Below, in pieces: positions 1 through 8,518 of a stretch of DNA of 64,000 nt (positions within the stretch are counted from its first letter, which is position 1; each line of letters starts with the position of its first letter). This stretch comes from Dehalococcoidia bacterium (lineage in GTDB: Bacteria > Chloroflexota > Dehalococcoidia > Lucifugimonadales > UBA3495). Location of the stretch: contig CBDFHM010000011.1 of the NCBI GenBank assembly GCA_965247605.1, positions 86,932 through 150,931 on the forward strand, given 5' to 3'. The position numbers and the translations under genes are program-made. Below the pieces are notes generated by a model. It worked only from the letters and a program-made list of their open reading frames with translations. It did no database searches and was not told the DNA's origin.

Positions 1-736
1 CCAGCAGCCGGTACTCCTCCAGCTGGGCAGCAGTCGTGCCATGGAACCGGTCCACCAGCCGGTAGAGGTCCCGGGCACAGACCGAAAGGCGTCGCCGACC
101 CTCCCCCGTGCGGGCGTCCTCGTAGTGGGTCGCCTCGTCTTCTTCCTTCAAATAGCGCCCTAGGAGGCCCTCCGGAACCCCAGGGCGAAGCTCTGGGTGC
201 TCCCAGCGCAAGGCCCGCAGGAACAACCGCATCGTCTCACAGAACAGGCCCAGCCGGGTGAGTGTGGCGATGTTGCTCATGATGTGGGTGGAGTCCAGCC
301 GTTGCTTTCCGGTGCGTATGCCCAGCGCCTGGATGATCCGGTCCGTGGTCTCCTGGAAAGCCAGCCGGCCACCGTCGTGCTGCATCAGGCGAACTCGGAA
401 GTTGTGGAGGGTCTTCTGGGGCAGGTGGGTCTCCTCGATGTCTAGCCGCAGGGCGTGGTGCCAGAGCAGGTTGAACTCTAGTTGTTCCAGAGCTTCATCG
501 TCGGTGAGGTTGAACATCTCTTTGAGGAGGTGGACCCCGAGGACGGTCTGCACCGCCCGGTTGGGACGGCCGTTGTCCACGCAGTACATGGGAGCAAAGC
601 GCTCCTCGTCAATCAGGGGGAGCGCCTCGTTTCGGAAAACCTCGGCCCAACTTCTCTCCAGGCGCTTAGCCTTCTTCGGCGTCACCAGGAACTGGGACTG
701 CCAGAGGCTCTCTTGCGGGTCTCGTATTCGGAACAT
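1..736 (-). mobile_element. IS transposase gene, 5' part (DUF772-type N-terminal domain plus first DDE aspartate). The ORF runs off the left window edge.
   Basis: Absent from the ORF track because it has no stop in-window. My minus-strand translation from ATG 736 reads MFRIRDPQESLWQSQFLVTPKKAKRLERSWAEVFRNEALPLIDEERFAPMYCVDNGRPNRAVQTVLGVHLLKEMFNLTDDEALEQLEFNLLWHHALRL...GKQRLDSTHIMSNIA. The NGRP..LLK..F.L.D.E block and RLDSTH are typical of IS4/IS5/IS1182-type DDE transposases. Confidence 0.8.
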
Positions 737-782
737 CCTCCCCTCCCTCGGCCAGGCGCAGCGCCCACGACCTTTTATTACA

Positions 783-1424
783 TTATCCCCACCTTGCCCC
801 AGGCTGGCGAGGGGTTTTTACGAACAAATCAAACTTGGTATCGGGTTTGATTCTTAGAATCTCTTGACACGATTCAACAATGCTCGTCCCTGGAATTTTG
901 ATGTCCACCATGACGACATCGAATTGTCCGTTGGCTATATTGGAAACAGCCTGGCTGCCGTCCAAAGCTTCGGCGCACCGGATTCCGCTGTCTTCAAAAA
1001 CCATTTTAATAAGGTCCCGGCTTTCCGGCTCATTCTCTACCACCAGCACGCATGGCGAACCTGACAACGACTGCACGAGTGAAAGGATGTGGCGAGTATC
1101 AATGGGTTTGTACAAAACCGTGTAAGCGCCCTCATTGACTGTCTGATTGATAAAGTTGTCGGCGGGCAGCCCAGTCATCATGACGACGAAGGTGTCGGGG
1201 CTGATCTCCTTAATCCGGCGAAATGCCTCAACACCGTCTATTCCCGGCATCTGAACGTCCAAGAAAGCGAGCGTTATTTTGTCCGCCGTGACTGCTTTGA
1301 CGGCCTCATGGCCATCTCCGCTAGCGTAGACTTCATAGCCCTCGTCCTCCAAGATATCGGTAATGGAGAGCAACAGGGCTGAGTCGTCGTCCGCAACCAA
1401 TATGTTGAGATTGCGCTGCGGCAA
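783..1424 (-). CDS. Response regulator made of two tandem receiver (REC) domains. The second REC loses homology about 15 codons before the stop.
   Basis: REC1: NILVADDD...FLDVQMPGIDG...VVMMTG...YKP. REC2: VLVVENEP...VMVDIKIPG...ILRIKPDTK, followed by a non-REC tail FDLFVKTPRQPGARWG that reads into DNA flanking the transposase gene. Confidence 0.8.
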   Translation of the reverse strand: MPQRNLNILVADDDSALLLSITDILEDEGYEVYASGDGHEAVKAVTADKITLAFLDVQMPGIDGVEAFRRIKEISPDTFVVMMTGLPADNFINQTVNEGAYTVLYKPIDTRHILSLVQSLSGSPCVLVVENEPESRDLIKMVFEDSGIRCAEALDGSQAVSNIANGQFDVVMVDIKIPGTSIVESCQEILRIKPDTKFDLFVKTPRQPGARWG

Positions 1425-1448
1425 GACCTCCCCGCTACGAAGTAATCT

Positions 1449-1688
1449 TCATCGGAATAACTTGCTCGGCTTGATCCGCAAGAACGTCTCAACCCCGTTA
1501 ATGCCCGGCATCTGAATATCCATAAAGATGAGAGAGAACGGTGCATGATTCACCTGCTCGATGGCATCGAAGCCGTCTTCCGCTGTGACGACGTTCCGCC
1601 CCTCATCGGTTAGGATTTCCTGCAACGTTTCCCGCAGGGCCATATCGTCGTCAACCACCAGGATCGTACTATTCACGCCGTTATTCAT
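1449..1688 (-). CDS. Short receiver-domain protein (REC truncated after about alpha3; possible gene remnant)
   Basis: MNNGVNSTILVVDDD...LIFMDIQMPGINGVETFLRIKP, then a stop. ATG 1688 overlaps the kinase stop (ATGAATAA). The ORF-track start at 1724 would lie inside the kinase gene. Confidence 0.55.
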   Translation of the reverse strand: MNNGVNSTILVVDDDMALRETLQEILTDEGRNVVTAEDGFDAIEQVNHAPFSLIFMDIQMPGINGVETFLRIKPSKLFR

Positions 1689-3168
1689 TGATGTCGTCTC
1701 CTTTCGGCAGCGGCTCGTCTTCAACCGCCGGCAATGTTATAGCGAAAGTGCTACCGCAAGCGGGCTCTGGATTCCTTGATGCGTTGAGGGTGCCACCGTG
1801 TTTCATAATGATTTCCTGGCACACGGCGAGGCCCAGTCCGGTACCCTTGGTCTTGGTAGTAAATAGCGGGTCGAATATCCTTTCCAGGTTTTCGTCGGAG
1901 ATCCCTGAGCCGCTGTCGGTGAAAGCGATCTCAATGTGGCCGTTGACTCCCTGGGCGCTGATGACCAGTTCGCCACCATCTGGCATCGCCTCCTGAGCGT
2001 TGTTCGCTAGGTTCAAAAAGACCCGCTGCAATTGCTCGCCGTCGGCCATTACCGGGCGCAGGTCCACGGCTATCGTTTTAGACAAACGCACGTTGTCTTG
2101 CTGGTTCATCGTGGCCAGCGACTCTTCAAGGATTTCCTCTACCCGCGATGGCGTTAACGTGGGAGGACTTACTCGGGCAAAGGTCATAAGGTCGGTGATG
2201 ATCCGGTTTGACCGGACGATTTGTTGGTCGATGGTTTCTAGGTAATGGGCTAGCTTCGGATTGGCGTCGGTTGCCCCGTCACCAACCAGCCGCTTGTTTA
2301 GCATGAACGCCGCGTTTTTGATCGCCCCCAGGGGATTGCGTAAGTCGTGGGCGACGCCGCCGGACATCTGCCCGATGGCCGCCAGTTTTTCCGACCTGAC
2401 CACCTGGTCCTGGGCCTTGACCAATTCTTGGTTGGCGTCCCGCAGCTCGGCTTGGGCGCGGTCACGTTCACTCATTTCGGTCCGTAGCGCGCCTACCGTC
2501 CGTCTTAGTGACACTCCCAGGATTCCTCCGGATATCAAGACCAAGACACTGACACCGGCCAGGAGCACCTGAGCATTACGCTGGGAAAGGAGTTGTCTAC
2601 TCGTCGCCACGAAGAAAGATGTTTCTTCTTGGTCGTAAAGCACCTTCACCTGGCGTTCCAACTGGATCACGGTTTCATCTAAACGGACGGAACTGGCAGT
2701 CTCTCCGTCGCTCAACCCGGCACGGTACCGGACGATTTCTTGGTCATAGGCTACCAGCGTTTGTTTTAACTCATTCAATTTGGCGGAGAGTTCCGGGTCG
2801 TCTGTCGCCTTTGAGCCGACCAACCTGACTTGGTTGCCCAACAGGGCGCGGCGGACGTCGTGGGCATCGAACCCGCGGTCCGGGTCCCGAAGTAGCCGGC
2901 CCAACTCCGATTGCAGCACCAAGGTTTCACGTTGGATATTCGCCAATCCGGTAATTTCGAAACTGGCCGATTCCACACCGTTGGCAGTTTCGCCAGCGTC
3001 GATATATGCGCGAACAATCAAGACCAAGAAGACGACGACAAAAACTCCGACCACGAAAAATAGGCCTAATTGTATTGGCGATAGTATCTGTCTGGGACTG
3101 GTAGTCGAGGCTATCATTGGTCTTATTTTCTCCCGTGGTGAGTCCAGCTTGACAGGGGCTCGCCCCAA
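1681..3168 (-). CDS. Membrane sensor histidine kinase (HisKA + HATPase_c)
   Basis: Two TM segments (LGLFFVVGVFVVVFLVLIV; VLLAGVSVLVLISGGILGV). H-box GGVAHDLRNPLGAIKN, N-box FLNLANNAQEAM, G-boxes DSGSGI and GTGLGLAVCQEII. Confidence 0.9.
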   Translation of the reverse strand: MGRAPVKLDSPREKIRPMIASTTSPRQILSPIQLGLFFVVGVFVVVFLVLIVRAYIDAGETANGVESASFEITGLANIQRETLVLQSELGRLLRDPDRGFDAHDVRRALLGNQVRLVGSKATDDPELSAKLNELKQTLVAYDQEIVRYRAGLSDGETASSVRLDETVIQLERQVKVLYDQEETSFFVATSRQLLSQRNAQVLLAGVSVLVLISGGILGVSLRRTVGALRTEMSERDRAQAELRDANQELVKAQDQVVRSEKLAAIGQMSGGVAHDLRNPLGAIKNAAFMLNKRLVGDGATDANPKLAHYLETIDQQIVRSNRIITDLMTFARVSPPTLTPSRVEEILEESLATMNQQDNVRLSKTIAVDLRPVMADGEQLQRVFLNLANNAQEAMPDGGELVISAQGVNGHIEIAFTDSGSGISDENLERIFDPLFTTKTKGTGLGLAVCQEIIMKHGGTLNASRNPEPACGSTFAITLPAVEDEPLPKGDDINE

Positions 3169-3197
3169 CGGCGGCCCCCATCCAAGCTACAGATCCT

Positions 3198-3782
3198 TTA
3201 ACTCACGTCCATGGATTTGAGATTCCAAATCCAGAACTTGTTGTAGGTTTCCAAGTCGAAGGTCCCGGTATGGTAGGGAAAGATTATCCGGGTGGGACCC
3301 GCGTTTTCGATATCCATGTAATCGCCGTTGATCCGGGTGGCCAGCATTATCGGCCAGCGGTCGATGTCGGCGACCGAAATGTCTACTGAGAAGTCGTCAA
3401 GAGCCGTCATCTGGATGGATGTAGCGGCAGCAGACATCCCGGCGTACTTTTTGATGTCTGACATGAGAACGCCAGTGTAGGTCGTCCTGACTTCCAGCCA
3501 GGGGTCGTCGACGGTGTATTTGACCAGACCCAGCTGTTCGATAGTCGCCATGTCCAATTGGAGGGTCTCACCGGAGTTGGTCACGGAAATATCTCCGAAG
3601 AGAGTGAGGACCACGTCGCCGGACGGCGCCGGGATCGGTTCCCCGGGTGTGAGTACGGCTGGGGTCACCACGTCGTACTCGGCGGTGTCAGTGCCTGCGG
3701 CGTTGCTGCCGCAGGCCACCAGAGCCAAGGCGACTGTCAGCAGCCCAGCCACTAAGGGAAGTCTAATAGTCTTGTGAAACAT
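3198..3782 (-). CDS. Periplasmic lipoprotein with a molybdopterin-oxidoreductase-like (Oxidored_molyb-type) domain
   Basis: RBS AAAAGGAGAAAAT-ATG at 3782 and lipobox LALVAC. The body TYTGVLMSDIKKYAG...MTALDDFSVDISVADIDRWPIMLATRINGDYM...GPTRIIFPY matches the small periplasmic proteins of this fold that often accompany sensor kinases. Confidence 0.6.
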   Translation of the reverse strand: MFHKTIRLPLVAGLLTVALALVACGSNAAGTDTAEYDVVTPAVLTPGEPIPAPSGDVVLTLFGDISVTNSGETLQLDMATIEQLGLVKYTVDDPWLEVRTTYTGVLMSDIKKYAGMSAAATSIQMTALDDFSVDISVADIDRWPIMLATRINGDYMDIENAGPTRIIFPYHTGTFDLETYNKFWIWNLKSMDVS

Positions 3783-3980
3783 ATTTTCTCCTTTTATTAC
3801 CTGTATCCTACTAAGGGGCCCCATAAACTTCTAGTGAGGGGAACGGTTCTTGGGTCCAATTACTTTTTTATAATTTCGTTGAAATTCTTTCGCTCCTTAC
3901 TTTTTCTCTCGTTTACCGCCGCCATGCGGTTCCAAATGTCCTGTTGTATGAAACGGCGGGAGGCCGACTTCCAGTTGAAG

Positions 3981-4871
3981 TTAAATCACCGCCACTCCAC
4001 CAACTATCATCGAGACCGAGGCGAACTTTATGACCAACGTCTTTCGGTTCACCGACTCGTTTATCAGCCGTAGTCCCGGCAAGGCGAGCAAGACACTGAA
4101 GGCAAATATGAATATTGGGCGCGAGGCCGTAGCCGTTGCCACCAGAGATACAGGCCCTAGCTTGGTGGCCCAAATTAGCAAAAGAATCGCGACCGGGGCC
4201 ATTAAGACCTCGGTGACCACCAATAACAGCACGGCCTCTTTGTGGCGCATCGCTTGTCGGAGATGAGACACCGTGTTCGGCCGAACGAACATCAGAAGTA
4301 CCACCGCCATGCCCAAAAAGTGCAGAGAGGTGACCAACCAGACCGACAACTCCTCTAGAGCGTACTTGGCGGTCAAATGGCCGACGGCCGTCAACAAGCT
4401 GGCCATTAGCAAGACCGGTAGCACTTTGGTTAACTTCGTCCACCCGGTGGTAACCGAACCGGTCATTGAAATCAACGAGGCGCCCATGACCACGACACAG
4501 ATCGCGAGCCATTGGAGCGGCTCCAGTACTTCGTCCAAAAACACCACCGCGAAGATGGCCACGAATGCCGGGAAAGTGAATACCATCGCGCTGGCCCTGG
4601 AAACTTCCTGTAGCTTGAAGCCCAGGAACATCATGGCCACGGCGCCTCCCCAGGCCAAGCCTGAGATTGCCCCCACGGCGACATGACGGCCCGCCGAAAA
4701 ATCCGGCGCTCCTTCCACGAACAAGAAAGTAATGCCGTATACCAACACGCCGATACCGACCCAGACGTAATACGAACCCATGCTGGGCATGTAGCGGTCG
4801 ATCAGACGTTTGTCGATCACGGCCATAGACGCGTAAATAAGAGAACTGCATATTGCCAGGAGCATCCACAT
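3981..4871 (-). CDS. EamA/DMT-family transporter
   Basis: 296 aa, about 10 hydrophobic helices in two similar halves. The N-terminus LLAICSSLIYASMAVIDKRL is typical of EamA domains. Confidence 0.8.
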   Translation of the reverse strand: MWMLLAICSSLIYASMAVIDKRLIDRYMPSMGSYYVWVGIGVLVYGITFLFVEGAPDFSAGRHVAVGAISGLAWGGAVAMMFLGFKLQEVSRASAMVFTFPAFVAIFAVVFLDEVLEPLQWLAICVVVMGASLISMTGSVTTGWTKLTKVLPVLLMASLLTAVGHLTAKYALEELSVWLVTSLHFLGMAVVLLMFVRPNTVSHLRQAMRHKEAVLLLVVTEVLMAPVAILLLIWATKLGPVSLVATATASRPIFIFAFSVLLALPGLRLINESVNRKTLVIKFASVSMIVGGVAVI

Positions 4872-4874
4872 GAA

Positions 4875-6455
4875 TTAGCTTGCCAGCTTTGCCGATGCCA
4901 GGGTGGAGCCGGCCACGGTTAACTCCGATCCGTTCTTGATGAACCGGGCAATCGTGGCAGTGGGAAACGTGCCGTAAACACTATTGTTGGACGGGCTGGC
5001 GTCAGACTGGCCGGGGACAGACCAAAGGCTGGCCAACTCCTCGCTCACGGTCAGGTAGGCCCCGTTGATGCGAGATGGATAGATCCGGCTATTGTCGTTG
5101 CCCACCACCAATCGCAGTCTTGTGCCGAGTTCCTCTTCACAGTTCATCATTTCGATGACCGAAGGGGCCCCGGTCCAGAACGGCTCGTTAAGGTCGCGAA
5201 ACCGCCAACCCTCTTGCCGACGGATTTTCCGGGTGAGCCAATCGTTACTGGTTGGATTGATGCCGAGGGCGATACCGCGGTTGGTCAACGCCGCAAACAC
5301 CCGCCACTGAAGTTCGGAAATCGAGTTCCATTCGGCTTGGGAGTAATGCTGCTTCGAGCTCGATGAGTCTTTGGCGGCAAAAAGCGCGTTGGCGTTGTCC
5401 AAATGGTCCAAGACCCCATTGTTGGTCAGCTCTTGGAGTCCTTCTAGAGCCTCGATTAAGCCGCCTTCGTGCCACGACTCCCCACAGTGGACCGCGACCC
5501 TTAGGTTGCGTCGAGCGGCGTTGCTCCGAAGTGATTCCTGTTGCTCGTGCGGCCACCCGGAATCGACGCCAACGCTGTCGACGCCGATAATCATCGGCCC
5601 CATTTCCGCGGCCAGATCATAGATATAGCTCAGCGGATTGACCGGAGAGACGGCGTCGTGGCGGCCGCCATTCTGGCTGTAGTCGCCGAGGCCGTCGTTT
5701 GCTACATGTTTGCGCATGCCGATCATGAATTTCACTTGGAGACTTTCGCCTGTTTCTCGCTCGGCCTGTCTGGCGCCTTCCAAGGCAGCCCGGGCGAAAG
5801 AACCGTCGGCATGGTCTCCCATGGTCGTGCGGAGCCAAACTTCGGTCACCCCGTCCGCAAAATTCTCCAAGCCTACTTGGCGATAGGCTTGGCGGAACAG
5901 GGTCATCGCCTCAGGATGGCTGCTACTGAAGGCAAGCCGGGCCATGTTTAGGTGCCGGTCGGATTCGGCGAAATTCCCTGGCTCACGGTTCAAAGGAATC
6001 TGCCGTTCGAACCACTCTGCCAACGAGCTATCCGGCATTTGAAATAGCTGGTCCCGGGCGCAACTGTCCAAAATGCCCCGAGACTCGGCGTAGTCCAGCA
6101 GCCGTTCCTTTATTTCCGGGTCGGCGCGGTAGACTCGAACAACCTGTTCCAGCAGTTCACGCTGGCCGATTGAGCCGGTGATGTGCTGGTGCGGGTTCAC
6201 TTTCTTGACCTTTCTCAATGCGGAGACCATCGAAAGGAATCCATCGCGCGCCTTGCCGGGCTCGCGTTCTCCGACAAGCTCGTCTAAGGTTCCGCACATC
6301 TGCAGCCCAGTCATGACCGAAGGATCGATTCCTGCGTCGCGATTGGGCCCAGTTTCGAAAACGCCGTTATGGCTTGTATGTTGGCCCTTGGCCGGCAAGC
6401 TCAATCTCCTGTGACATTGTAAAGTTTCTAAAACAACCGCCGTTTCGGGAGGCAT
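4875..6455 (-). CDS. Divergent adenosine/AMP-deaminase-family metallohydrolase (start codon uncertain)
   Basis: Motifs occur in ADA order: IIGVDSVG (cf. GxDLxG), VAVHCGES (cf. HAGE), GINPTSN (cf. CPxSN), VVGNDNS (cf. NSDDP). There is only a 3-nt gap to the EamA gene downstream. Confidence 0.55.
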   Translation of the reverse strand: MPPETAVVLETLQCHRRLSLPAKGQHTSHNGVFETGPNRDAGIDPSVMTGLQMCGTLDELVGEREPGKARDGFLSMVSALRKVKKVNPHQHITGSIGQRELLEQVVRVYRADPEIKERLLDYAESRGILDSCARDQLFQMPDSSLAEWFERQIPLNREPGNFAESDRHLNMARLAFSSSHPEAMTLFRQAYRQVGLENFADGVTEVWLRTTMGDHADGSFARAALEGARQAERETGESLQVKFMIGMRKHVANDGLGDYSQNGGRHDAVSPVNPLSYIYDLAAEMGPMIIGVDSVGVDSGWPHEQQESLRSNAARRNLRVAVHCGESWHEGGLIEALEGLQELTNNGVLDHLDNANALFAAKDSSSSKQHYSQAEWNSISELQWRVFAALTNRGIALGINPTSNDWLTRKIRRQEGWRFRDLNEPFWTGAPSVIEMMNCEEELGTRLRLVVGNDNSRIYPSRINGAYLTVSEELASLWSVPGQSDASPSNNSVYGTFPTATIARFIKNGSELTVAGSTLASAKLAS

Positions 6456-6476
6456 TACGCCAGGTGTTGGGCAGAG

Positions 6477-7319
6477 TTACGATTTTGAATCGAAACGATG
6501 CCACTCCACGCTCCCGAAAACGTTGTGGTTGTGTATGCTCTCGTGGTTCACGGTCTTGACGCGGAACCATAAGACTCTGCCGTCTTGACTCAACTGCCAA
6601 GCTGCTTCCCGGACGATGTCCTCGACGAAAGCCGGGTTCTCGTAGGCCTGCATAGTTACATACCGTTCGTCGGGCCGCTTTAGCACCGGATAGACCGGTG
6701 CCGAAGCAGAACTTTCAGCAACTTCAATCAGATCGGCCAACCAAATCTGGTCCTCAAGGTGGACCGTCTTCACTTCGATATTGACATAGCCTCTTTGGTT
6801 GTGAGCCCCGTAGTCGCTAATGGCCTTGCTACATGGGCAAAGAGAGGCTACCGGGACCCGTACGCCAATAACGAATTCGGAACCAAACTGGTCCATCTCG
6901 CCCGAAAACGAACACTCGTAATCCATGAGGGCCTTGGCGCCGCTGACCGGCGCGGTCCGCTCCATGAAATACGGAAACGTAATCTGAATTTGGGCGTGGT
7001 CGGCGTCTAGCTTTTCTCTAACCACATTCAACATCTTGGGCAGTTCCATAATGCCGATCTCCCCGCGATAATCGCCGAGGATTTCGACGAACCGGCTCAT
7101 ATGAGCGCCTTTCATTTCCTCTGGAAGGTCGACCCCCAAACTGAGTTTGGCGACCGTGTTCTGCGTGTAAGACCCGCGGTCCTTGATGATTACTGGATAC
7201 TGTATGTCGCTGATCCCAACCAGGTTGAGGGCGATACGCCGGTCGGAACCCTGCAGGTGAACGTCTTCCAACATCATCGTGGAGCTACCGTTTTGGCCTT
7301 TTAGATGTGCCACGTTCAA
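6477..7319 (-). CDS. folE2: GTP cyclohydrolase IB (FolE2/MptA type)
   Basis: GISDIQYPV, KGAHMSRF, FPYF, SLCPCSKAISDYGAHNQRG, LKRPDERYVTMQAYENPAFVEDIVR: the full FolE2 motif set. Confidence 0.85.
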   Translation of the reverse strand: MNVAHLKGQNGSSTMMLEDVHLQGSDRRIALNLVGISDIQYPVIIKDRGSYTQNTVAKLSLGVDLPEEMKGAHMSRFVEILGDYRGEIGIMELPKMLNVVREKLDADHAQIQITFPYFMERTAPVSGAKALMDYECSFSGEMDQFGSEFVIGVRVPVASLCPCSKAISDYGAHNQRGYVNIEVKTVHLEDQIWLADLIEVAESSASAPVYPVLKRPDERYVTMQAYENPAFVEDIVREAAWQLSQDGRVLWFRVKTVNHESIHNHNVFGSVEWHRFDSKS

Positions 7320-7693
7320 TTTTCTTCTCCTCGATAAACACAGCCGGCGGTACTGGTTTCGTGAACGACTACTTTGTCGAGCAACGGTAGCGCCCTGTGC
7401 AATTCGTTCCAGACCCAGCGAGCTAGATTTTCGCTGGTAGGATTAATTAGTCCGTCGATTTCGTTCAGGTATTGATGGTCCAATTGATCAAGAATTGGTT
7501 GGAATGCTCGCGATACATCTCCTAGATCCGTGACCCAGCCGGTTTCTTCATCTACCGAGCCCCGAAGCCAAATATCAAATTTATAGTTGTGCCCATGAAG
7601 ACGGGCACATTTGTGTCCTTCTGGAGCGTTGGGCAGCCGATGCGCTGCTTCGAACATGAATTCTTTGTAGATCTGCATCAGGGTGACTCTCAA
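7316..7693 (-). CDS. queD: 6-carboxytetrahydropterin synthase / PTPS family
   Basis: YKEFMFEAAHRLPN...HKCARLHGHNYKF (the CxxxHGH motif), and a C-terminal VVVHETSTAG. Overlaps the folE2 start by 4 nt. An alternative start is at 7678. Confidence 0.85.
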   Translation of the reverse strand: MRVTLMQIYKEFMFEAAHRLPNAPEGHKCARLHGHNYKFDIWLRGSVDEETGWVTDLGDVSRAFQPILDQLDHQYLNEIDGLINPTSENLARWVWNELHRALPLLDKVVVHETSTAGCVYRGEEN

Positions 7694-7928
7694 TGTTCCC
7701 AGATTGGTTCTGGTTTACCCTGTAAAGATGGCGGATGGCAGAGAAAGCCATTTCACTACCACGCCAATACACTCTCGCTATTCTCACACCGGGTTTTTCT
7801 ACGTTTAAGGCCCTGGAGGGCCGAGAGAATCGGTCCATTGGTACCACTATTCTTGTACCTGCCAGGCCACTCGCCACCGTTATTTGGTATTTTGGATGAT
7901 GTTCGGGCTTCCCATTATTAGTCCGGTG

Positions 7929-8222
7929 TTAGTCCGGTTGGATCGGGGTCTCGATCCTCGTGCCGCAGATATCGCAAATCCACTCGTAGAAGCTATATCC
8001 GACATAGAGGATATGGAGCGCGTTCGAGGAACATTCCCGGCACTCGGCGGCAAAATTGTGTGCCCGGTTATGAAATTCTCCAGGCCTGCCTACGGTGCCC
8101 CCCGGCCAACCCGTGCAGTTCTGGGACGGTCTACTGGGGCTTCGATTCACTGCGGCCTGAATAGTTGTCCCGTTTCGGTGTTCCGCTTGCGCTGTCTGCG
8201 CCTCTAAACCTGATTGCGTCAT
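7929..8222 (-). CDS. Hypothetical small protein with a C-terminal zinc ribbon
   Basis: CRECSS...(18 aa)...CDICGT at the C-terminus. The N-terminal half is low-complexity, so the real start (if any) may be internal. Confidence 0.3.
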   Translation of the reverse strand: MTQSGLEAQTAQAEHRNGTTIQAAVNRSPSRPSQNCTGWPGGTVGRPGEFHNRAHNFAAECRECSSNALHILYVGYSFYEWICDICGTRIETPIQPD

Positions 8223-8518
8223 GTAACGTTCACCATCCGTTAGGACTTCTGAACCGGGTTCGCTTTAGCAGACGTAACGTTGTAATGGTCGAGGATTGCT
8301 ACTTAATAACTGAGTACCTCTGGGGCCAAATACCCGCATTCCTAAGGTGCATTCCCGTGACCCATTGCGGGCCATCACCGGTCCGGCCCGACATCAGCCG
8401 TGGATTCCAGACGAATGTAGCAAGGGGCTGCAGCAATCGCACCGTGTTAAGATATGCCCGGCGCAGCGCTGGCATCCATCGACGATTGACGCAAGCCAGG
8501 TGACGCCGGGCCAAGGCT

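Noticed and set aside
197-857. Plus-strand ORFs 197-445, 258-857 and 482-850 at the left edge
   Set aside because: The minus strand here encodes a clearly recognisable transposase N-terminus. The plus-strand products have no motifs.
3913-4869. 318-aa R/G-rich minus-strand ORF overlapping the EamA gene in another frame
   Set aside because: The alternative frame (3981-4871) gives a clean 10-TM transporter. The R/G-rich composition is an off-frame artefact of GC-rich coding DNA. The same reasoning applies to 16558-17085, 37378-37842, 25884-26549, 46551-47015 and 52352-52999.
7694-7928. Assigning the queD leader to a specific riboswitch class (THF, THF-II or preQ1)
   Set aside because: Only short string resemblances were seen, and I could not reproduce a consensus secondary structure by hand. 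It is kept as an unexplained leader, not a called riboswitch.
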